From a virus (taxonomy: Duplodnaviria; Caudoviricetes): a stretch of 64,000 bases of DNA. Numbering within the stretch: the first letter of the stretch is position 1; every line of letters begins with the position of its first letter. Below are positions 57,501 to 64,000 of the stretch, piece after piece. The stretch lies in the IMG/VR virus record IMGVR_UViG_3300025372_000010, positions 1 to 64,000 of that record, one strand, 5' to 3'. The notes below the pieces were generated by a model. The model did not search any database. It worked only from the letters and a program-made list of their open reading frames with translations, and had not been told where the DNA came from. The position numbers and the translations under genes are program-made.

Positions 57501-60500
57501 AGTTCTAATACTTTTGTAGATGGATTTAGTAGAATAGACTATATTAAATCTTCTACATACCCAATGATCCCTGAAGTAATTCAAGGAACTGAGTTAGATA
57601 AAGTTAGAGCTTGGATGGAGAATAATAATATTAGCTCAGCACCTTTTGAGTCTGCTAAAAAGACTGGTATTCCTGCAGCTCCATTAGAGTTGTTTGATGC
57701 TAATGATAACTTTGTAGAGCCTACTAAAGAAAGATTAGCTGAAGTGAGACAAACTCTTAACAGAGAAGGTCTTCGTACACAGCAAGAGATCCCAGCTCAA
57801 AAAGATGAGATCAACGTAGTTTCTCAGATGGACCGTCAATTATTTGAGGGTTTACTTGGTATTAAAGGATTTATGTTTGATGCTCATAGTTACACTGGCT
57901 CTGAACTTAAAAAGCTATCAGAAGCTATTCGTATTGCTTTCTTCTATAAGAACCAGCAGGTTTTGGCTGATAGATTAAATATAAAGATCACTGATAACAA
58001 TGTAGTATTTAAAGATCAAAAAGCTTTAGCTGATTTATTAAAAGAAGAAGCTTTAGATAGAGATTTCTCTGCTAATGATATTAAAGCCATCCAAACTAAT
58101 GAGGATGGTAATCTTGTTATTCCTATCTACTTAATGGCTAAGGGTAAGAGATTTGAAGGATTAGTAACAAGTATTTTCTCTAAGTTAGTAAAGCTTAAAG
58201 TGCCTGGAACTAGTTTAGTACAGGTGTCTGGTGTTGGTACCAAAGTAAAAGAGTCTGAGCTTACTGATAAAGTAAAGAATCAAATCATCTATACAGATGC
58301 TTATGATGCTTCTAAAGGATTACAATACATTCGTAAAGAAGCTACAACAGTTGATGATAAAGGTAATGTAAAGAAAGGTAAGGCAGTTCAACCTGCACAA
58401 GTATTTGTTTCTCAATATCTTAAAGACAAAGAAGGAAACTTAATAGACTTAACTAAGTATGTTAAGAAAGATGCTCAAGGTAGAATGATATTAGATAGTA
58501 ATAAGATCGATAAAGACTTATTACAGTTTATTGGTGCACGTATTCCTAACCAAGGTCATTCATCAATGTTACCTATAGAAGTGGCAGGGTTCTTACCTAG
58601 CTTTATGGAAAACACTGTAGTAGTGCCGGACGGTGTCACATCACAAATGGGATCTGACTTTGACGTAGATAAGTTATACTCTTATATTAGTTCTATAGAG
58701 AATGTTACTGATGATAAGATCTCTAGTCAGAAGTTTGATAGCTCAATCTATAAGAATGACTACGAATCTTTAATGAGTGCTTCAGAAGCTGAGTTATTAC
58801 AAATGTACAAAGAAATACATTGGTCAGTGTTAACTCATCCGGATGTATTTGATAAGATCACTCGATCTACAGAGTTTCCAGATATTAGTAAAGAGATTGA
58901 AGTATTTGAGAAAGCAGGTTTATTAGAAGATAAGGTGTCTGCATTGCCTATGGACTTTGAAGCTCAGATTAAAACCTTTTTAGATAACCGTAGTGGTAAA
59001 TCTGGTACAGGTATATTTGCTCAGATGATTTCATTCTTAGCTGAGCACCAAGATAAAGATATCAAGTTAAAGTCTTTCTTAGATAACAATGATAATCCTA
59101 TACAAGAGTCAGTTAAGTTCTTAAAAGACAACGGTGAAATATTAAAGCTATTTAGATTTACGGCTGAGGGTAGAAGTGAGACTGAAAATGGTGAGCGTTC
59201 TAAGACTGATAATACATCTATATTCCTTTCTGAATCAGTGGATAATGCTAAGAATAAGAACTTAGATAAGTTCAACTTAACTGTTGAAGCTATGAACGCA
59301 GTGCGTGCTGTGATAGGATTAAGTTCAGAAACTGGAGAGATTGCTGATATTAGATATGTGACTAGATTGATGCCACAACCTATTATCAAGAACTACTTAA
59401 ATGAAATAGAGTTATCTCGAGATAGCTTTAGCGATAAGTACACTAACAAGTTTGATATTGCTACAAAGATGATTAACACTTATAATAGTTATTTATCTGA
59501 TGTAGCTGAAATAGATATAGATCAAAGATTATTCTCTCCTGCTACATTACTAAAAGCTTTAATAGATGGGAAAGACTTCGGTGAGAAGTTAATCAATGAT
59601 GCAAAGAATGGTGTATTATTAAATAGTCAGCAACAAGCTCAGCTTAATGAGTATATAAATAATCAAGTATCTATCTTAAAACTTTATACTCAATTAGATA
59701 ATATTGGTTGGGCAATGGGTAAGTTGATGACAGGTACCAATGTTACAACAGCAGGTATTGGGTCAACTTTATTTGCTGTAGCAGATAAGTTAAGACAAGT
59801 AAAAACTGTTGCTCTTAATACTGTATTCCAAAACACTGAACAACTATTAGGTGATATTGCTTATGATGGTACGATTATAAATCCTACTAGTCAAGCAGGA
59901 CATGCTATGAATGTAGCTCTATCTTTTGGTAGAGATGTATTATCTAAGCTTGCACCTATTCACTTTGGTGCATCGTTTGACCAATTGAGAGACAAAGTAG
60001 TTAGAGAAAGATTTAAAGATTCTAATATATCCAACTGGGGTAAGACTAAGTATATGGAGTTAAGTGAAGACTTAATGAAATCTGCATATGCTTACTTATT
60101 AACTAACCCTGAGTTAGGAATGGTTCAAGATACTCAAAATGATCGCACACGTTTACTTTATGGAGCTAACGGTGAAAGATCTTTAGGTGAGCGTATTATA
60201 GCTCTTAAAGAACAGCTTAAAGATACTAACTACTTTATAAATAGATTACAAGTTACAGCTCCTATAAATAAAGCTGCAGATCCTTATTTAGTTAAATATA
60301 GATCTCCATTCAGTCAAGATATAGATGAGCAGGCTAACAATAAAGGATTCTTAGAGTTAATATTAAGCGGTGATAAAAACCAGATTGATATTGCTCGTGA
60401 TCTAGTTACTTATGCATATCTTACTGGATATGATCAAGGATCTTCTTCTTATTTGAAGTTTATCCCTGTAGAGTACTTAATGTTAAACCAGAAGTTTACT

Positions 60501-62474
60501 AACGGTTTAAAAGACTTTGCTTCTACTTTTGATGACATGGGTACCTTCTATAAGCAGTTTATTCAGAACAATCCTGATAGAGCTCTTAATATGGGTAAGA
60601 AGTTATTTGAGGATGTCTTCTTTAAAAAGATAGACAGTGATGATGTAATCCATATAGCAGATGATAAATTAGCGGATGCTTTATTAGTACAAATGCCTAA
60701 AGAGGAAGGAAACGGATATAAGTATGCTGATTACATTAAGGGTATAAAGTATGTAGGTGATCAAAGAAGAGTATATTTATTTGAAAGAGTTGTAGGCAGT
60801 AGAGAAGATGACAGTAGATCCTATAGACGTATACCTACATTAGGTAACGGAACTATATCTGAGTATGTATATGATTCTGAAGATGTTAAGTCTATCTTCT
60901 TTAATAACCTTACTCCTACTCAAAAGATGGATACTCTATCTACTAATCCAGAGAATCCATTCAGAAAGATTAAGATATACAATGCTCAATACTTTGACTT
61001 GAGATACTTAATCCCAATGGGAGATACCGCTACACAGTTTATTGGTCTAGACATAAGCAATGCTAGTAAGACTACTAAGACTGCATTAGAAGCTTATAAA
61101 GATAAATCTAATACAGGTGAGTATGCCCCAACAGATAAAGTTATTATCTCTGGTAATACATTATTACAAACTGTAAAACCTAAGGAAGGAACTACTAAGT
61201 TAGATGTGTCTGATATTAATTCAGCTTATTCTATATTAGAGTCAGTATTTAATGATCACTATGCTCCAATGATAGATAAAGCTATTAAAGCAGGTGCTGA
61301 CTTTATGGTAGGTAGTTTAACAGGTATGGAAGAAGTTGCTAAGAAGTATTTAAGAAACGAAGGCTTAGCAGAAGATACTGATGATAAAGGAGTTACAACA
61401 TTTAAGAACCCTAAGAGCAGTGAAAAGATAGAAGCTCAACCTACAGAGATTAATGATTCTGATGTACCAACTATTAGTTTATTTGGTATAGGCGGTGAGC
61501 AAACTGCAAGTGAAGAAGAGTCTGCTGGTGCTTTTGGTTTTGAGTTTGCTAATGATGATGTGGCACCACAAGAAGCTACTCATATGATTACTGAAGGAGT
61601 AGAGAAAGCAGGACCTGTACAAACAGACGCTGATATAGTTAACAATTATACTAATGATCCTAGTAAACCTAGTACACTTAAGTCAGTGTTAAGTAAAGTT
61701 GGTACAAATACAGATAATGAGTTCTATAAGACACTAGTATCCGTATTTAGAAAAGCAGGCTTCCCTGATATAAATGTTAGTTTCTCTGAGGCTATTAATA
61801 ATCCTGGAGAGTATAATTCAATAAATGGTTCTATAATTATTAATCCAGCTCTTGCTATATCAGACAATACTAGATTAAACCGTCAGCAAAATTTAGAGTC
61901 TACTATTATACACGAAGCACTTCATGCATACATTTCAGATATCCTATCTAAGATTAGCTCTAATGATAAGAGTCTCACTGAAGCTCAAAGAGTATTTGGA
62001 ACTGCTTTGAAACAATTGTATAAAACTACTGTAGAAAAAGTAATGGATGACCCGCAGCATTCTGATAGATTAGTTGCTACTAATAATATGATCAAAGAAA
62101 AAGGTTATATTAGTACTGAAGATAAAAGCATGTACTATGGCTTAACTTCTGTGGATGAGTTTGCTAGTATGTTATTTACTAACCCAACCTTCCAGCAGTT
62201 TATGAATACTACAATAGTACAGGAGACAGGAAAGCTTTCTGTAATAGATAGATTCAAAGCTTTATTAGCTAAATTACTTAAGAGCTTAGCTAAGAGCTTA
62301 AATATTGTGACAGAAGGATCTGCTTTAGAACAAGGAGTGAATGACTTATTTAATCTTATTAGTGTAAGTCAAGAGAAAGCTGGTGGTGAAACATCTGCAA
62401 AAAATCAGTTATCTTTGTTCAGCATGTCTACAAGACAGATGGAAAACTATACCTTAGAAAATCAATGTAAATAA
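54597..62474 (+). CDS. Virion-packaged single-chain two-barrel RNA polymerase with C-terminal zincin domain
   Basis: RIPNQGHSS (about 58539) and QMGSDFDVDKL (DFDVD at 58656-58670), KP.Y..KSS, QQE.P and VDNAK are crAss-like vRNAP motifs; HEALH at 61911. Confidence 0.93.
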   Translation: MSCIYTINGKQYSDSEVKQVFSSILAVPGNENLSNEELVAKITELSKDRFVDVNLFSPYQESAYTNIIFSEVVDQLGVLKPKMEIKQSAGKVFGDTYSRFKNEAAKFNAISEKITSEEAYNQFKQVEGVAAKFPEIAALNYNQFKSMVDQFNHIVNEENWKKFTQLAEQKLRQLGLTIKDGNIVEKKFDATEIAKRLEEDQNDENEPEYEDSEREINESYEDGRAFRLSPKDTASYRVKLFLSTIPNYERNIFGKKDFVSMDQVFEDLLQTAATLPVVNYKTFTEALLSKAEGKPYLHNVVGKLDRLQKDGNVKLRNEIITVFNKAFTDHVLVLWNPSEGGVKVKVISSNRNSIIRQIKQDWIEAQKRSAIISTDTIGDLVINKEKVKELYDSLKEANKSKDITDKKAWVAEFFKSVGIDFDAKMIDALVKSANNGFFKYVRSANFAAMFRPNGVFDNIMKTYSKEGDGKSDNRYEDSNNAMIHERAFDYLAQIFFDFNGNKYQTGTFQNGENKTIYSYIQPSYLETVKKKLNNGDGYLKRLSEASFSKSSEVVAQLLNNLTENSNNFVYRIRYADSLKNDTAEKAGIVRKRMSRKEMLFDSLVKYMNSGKNTGLYNMFTLSDKTVTPVIEMTKTKLDPTFDILLRPSKNTTVRTSFDFKDGFADKLYTLAKSEIDRMVDYANNANKAGLGINNFDKSSQIFYLFPALNNKEDADLKSIVDSIQAGNQPSLADENYIKKVLVDVFKNDVMKSFRTLTDIGLIKKSEALDENDKKTILLNYDQLDKDYLAQYSNLTDKQKGVMIISEFKYNNLKAQINSLQVLGADPALFYKTKIGKAKEALTTSDVNSIVKTTMDEFSKRAAMFIAPGAQGTFEWTDLNGRPVDRTNYDIVTIKDVVKNVGGFEKVNIADAQELVTLQEHIDRLMSEGRIDLEDWQSITDKIEKNKGKFYELSDKEKQIALQPAKPVYSSNTFVDGFSRIDYIKSSTYPMIPEVIQGTELDKVRAWMENNNISSAPFESAKKTGIPAAPLELFDANDNFVEPTKERLAEVRQTLNREGLRTQQEIPAQKDEINVVSQMDRQLFEGLLGIKGFMFDAHSYTGSELKKLSEAIRIAFFYKNQQVLADRLNIKITDNNVVFKDQKALADLLKEEALDRDFSANDIKAIQTNEDGNLVIPIYLMAKGKRFEGLVTSIFSKLVKLKVPGTSLVQVSGVGTKVKESELTDKVKNQIIYTDAYDASKGLQYIRKEATTVDDKGNVKKGKAVQPAQVFVSQYLKDKEGNLIDLTKYVKKDAQGRMILDSNKIDKDLLQFIGARIPNQGHSSMLPIEVAGFLPSFMENTVVVPDGVTSQMGSDFDVDKLYSYISSIENVTDDKISSQKFDSSIYKNDYESLMSASEAELLQMYKEIHWSVLTHPDVFDKITRSTEFPDISKEIEVFEKAGLLEDKVSALPMDFEAQIKTFLDNRSGKSGTGIFAQMISFLAEHQDKDIKLKSFLDNNDNPIQESVKFLKDNGEILKLFRFTAEGRSETENGERSKTDNTSIFLSESVDNAKNKNLDKFNLTVEAMNAVRAVIGLSSETGEIADIRYVTRLMPQPIIKNYLNEIELSRDSFSDKYTNKFDIATKMINTYNSYLSDVAEIDIDQRLFSPATLLKALIDGKDFGEKLINDAKNGVLLNSQQQAQLNEYINNQVSILKLYTQLDNIGWAMGKLMTGTNVTTAGIGSTLFAVADKLRQVKTVALNTVFQNTEQLLGDIAYDGTIINPTSQAGHAMNVALSFGRDVLSKLAPIHFGASFDQLRDKVVRERFKDSNISNWGKTKYMELSEDLMKSAYAYLLTNPELGMVQDTQNDRTRLLYGANGERSLGERIIALKEQLKDTNYFINRLQVTAPINKAADPYLVKYRSPFSQDIDEQANNKGFLELILSGDKNQIDIARDLVTYAYLTGYDQGSSSYLKFIPVEYLMLNQKFTNGLKDFASTFDDMGTFYKQFIQNNPDRALNMGKKLFEDVFFKKIDSDDVIHIADDKLADALLVQMPKEEGNGYKYADYIKGIKYVGDQRRVYLFERVVGSREDDSRSYRRIPTLGNGTISEYVYDSEDVKSIFFNNLTPTQKMDTLSTNPENPFRKIKIYNAQYFDLRYLIPMGDTATQFIGLDISNASKTTKTALEAYKDKSNTGEYAPTDKVIISGNTLLQTVKPKEGTTKLDVSDINSAYSILESVFNDHYAPMIDKAIKAGADFMVGSLTGMEEVAKKYLRNEGLAEDTDDKGVTTFKNPKSSEKIEAQPTEINDSDVPTISLFGIGGEQTASEEESAGAFGFEFANDDVAPQEATHMITEGVEKAGPVQTDADIVNNYTNDPSKPSTLKSVLSKVGTNTDNEFYKTLVSVFRKAGFPDINVSFSEAINNPGEYNSINGSIIINPALAISDNTRLNRQQNLESTIIHEALHAYISDILSKISSNDKSLTEAQRVFGTALKQLYKTTVEKVMDDPQHSDRLVATNNMIKEKGYISTEDKSMYYGLTSVDEFASMLFTNPTFQQFMNTTIVQETGKLSVIDRFKALLAKLLKSLAKSLNIVTEGSALEQGVNDLFNLISVSQEKAGGETSAKNQLSLFSMSTRQMENYTLENQCK

Positions 62475-62476
62475 TT

Positions 62477-64000
62477 ATGGCTTGTTACGTTAAAAAGAAT
62501 GACCTTGGTTTAATCACAGAAGTAAGACTTCCTGATGGAAAAACTATGTCTAAAGCTTACTATGACATCTTACAACATGTTCAAGAAGGTATTCCTTCTG
62601 AGCACATTATGAATACTTTAGCTTCTTTACGTGAGTATGAAGGTAAATATATCTCTGATACAAAGAGTAATGATCAACGAGCTCTTGGATTATACATGCA
62701 TTTATATGACCAGTCTTTTAGACAATGGTATGGTGATTGGACAACTGAGCCAAAGATTAATAATGATGCTACTATTACTAGAGCAGATGGAGAGACTCGT
62801 TCTATCTATGACTTTGGTAAATATAAGAATAATGCAAGCGAGACTTTATATTCCGCTAGAACTGCAGCAACAGGTAGATTACTTAAACAAGTAGATTTAA
62901 CTGTTAAGGAGTTAAGAGACCGTATTAAGCTAGCTATTGATGCCCGTGAGAAATCTAAGCTTAACGCTGACTACACTAAAGATCAGAAGATCGAGAGAGA
63001 AAGATACTATAACAAGATTATAAAAGTACTTAACCAACAAGTTGAGACTCTTATAAAGAATAATAATGTTGACTATGTGTTAGCTCAGGGATTGTCTGAT
63101 ATGAAAGTCATTAAGAACATATTATCAGGTCCTATAGTCAGTCTAACAGAGATCAGATTTATGGATGACATCGTTCAAGCTTGGACAAATATTGAAACTG
63201 TACTAGGTATACAGTCAATTGATGATCTACCAGAAGATAACGAAGAGCAAAAGAATAGAAAGGAAAGAGCTACACAAATATTAAATAATGCTGATTTTGC
63301 TAAAAAAAGTATTGCTAACTTAGCTAAGAAGCAAATTGTTGAAGCTTATAACAACTCTATGCCTGAGGGTCAAGAGATCACAGTAAAAGACTTAAATGCA
63401 TTTAAAGATGTATCTATGTGGAAGTCTTTAGCTAGAGATATCACAACTGTAGATAATAAGTCTGTAGCTTATTTAGCTAAGATTATCAATGAAGCTAATC
63501 TAAAGATAACTAAAGAGCACAACAGAAACTATGAGTCTATAGATAAGGCATATGATGATATCAAGAATCACCCAGAGATTGTTAAGAATGGATTTAACAT
63601 ATTCATCAAAGAACAAAAGGGAGCTCTTGGTACAAGTACTTTAGGATTGACTAATAGATTCTCTCAGGTGTTTTATGATACTATGAGAAATCAAGGAGCC
63701 ATCTTAAATGCTAAAATTGAGGCTGCCGGGGAAGATAAAGAAGCAGTAAAAGCTGCTTACAAAACTTATAATGATTGGGTGGCTAAGAATACTGTGTTAT
63801 TTAACTCAGCTCCTTTCTTAAACACTGAAGCTTATACAGATGCACAAAGAATCGAAGTAGTAAATGATCTTAAGAAACAAGGATTCACTGAAGATGAGAT
63901 TGGCGATATGATTCGTGAAGCAGGTAAGAGATACCAAGATTATAATGAGTATGCTGAAAAGTTCAGAACTACTTTATATCTAGATATTATGTCTGGTGAC
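62477..64000 (+). CDS. Large cargo protein downstream of vRNAP (3'-truncated; not in ORF track)
   Basis: ATG 62477 gives MACYVKKNDLG...FRQWYGDW...; the frame appears open to the window end (508 codons). Confidence 0.85.
   Translation, partial: MACYVKKNDLGLITEVRLPDGKTMSKAYYDILQHVQEGIPSEHIMNTLASLREYEGKYISDTKSNDQRALGLYMHLYDQSFRQWYGDWTTEPKINNDATITRADGETRSIYDFGKYKNNASETLYSARTAATGRLLKQVDLTVKELRDRIKLAIDAREKSKLNADYTKDQKIERERYYNKIIKVLNQQVETLIKNNNVDYVLAQGLSDMKVIKNILSGPIVSLTEIRFMDDIVQAWTNIETVLGIQSIDDLPEDNEEQKNRKERATQILNNADFAKKSIANLAKKQIVEAYNNSMPEGQEITVKDLNAFKDVSMWKSLARDITTVDNKSVAYLAKIINEANLKITKEHNRNYESIDKAYDDIKNHPEIVKNGFNIFIKEQKGALGTSTLGLTNRFSQVFYDTMRNQGAILNAKIEAAGEDKEAVKAAYKTYNDWVAKNTVLFNSAPFLNTEAYTDAQRIEVVNDLKKQGFTEDEIGDMIREAGKRYQDYNEYAEKFRTTLYLDIMSGD

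Noticed and set aside
1504-59389. Minus-strand and alternate-frame ORFs in the track (e.g. 1504-1722, 11548-12036, 50018-50401, 59021-59389, and plus-strand 894-1103, 44892-45095, 62631-62894)
   Set aside because: They are shadows of long, well-supported plus-strand genes, with no recognisable motifs.
54597-62474. Intein or intron in the vRNAP, MCP or portal
   Set aside because: ORFs are uninterrupted and show no Hint or LAGLIDADG motifs or C...HN junctions; the terminal Cys residues lack split-intein context.

Overview
The window is a contiguous, AT-rich, all plus-strand late/structural region of a large Crassvirales (crAss-like) podophage, most likely infecting a Bacteroidota host. Host clues are A-rich leaders with no Shine-Dalgarno and a TAnnTTTG-type promoter. 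Gene order: portal (5'-truncated), acidic scaffold-like protein, major capsid protein, conserved head/tail-junction genes with an inserted ferritin/Dps-like gene, and a long tail-fibre block (two fibres end in S74 autocleaving chaperones). These are followed by a Cys-rich/FN3 fibre cluster, a stand-alone metallophosphoesterase, an IHF-like gene, ring proteins, a small HExxH protein and the tail stabilisation (muzzle) protein. The window ends with the ejected cargo block, including the 2625-aa virion RNA polymerase (DFDVD) and a 3'-truncated further cargo gene. The standard genetic code fits. Main observations: (1) three cargo proteins are strings of small modules (histidine phosphatase, lysozyme-like, small basic domains) punctuated by roughly 28-30 [MYFAHKL]-[AQKERS]-x-GG motifs, and the motif recurs in an unannotated 51-aa basic ORF next to the MCP; (2) the giant cargo proteins are Cys-free except for single Cys residues at facing termini, suggesting head-to-tail disulfide chaining; (3) the FN3 proteins lack their first strand while neighbours end in an orphan first strand, suggesting donor-strand assembly; (4) a recurrent two-part late promoter/operator motif; (5) a cluster of structured RNA elements after the MCP; (6) an internally deleted homing-endonuclease relic. 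All family assignments come from motif recognition and synteny; no database searches were run.
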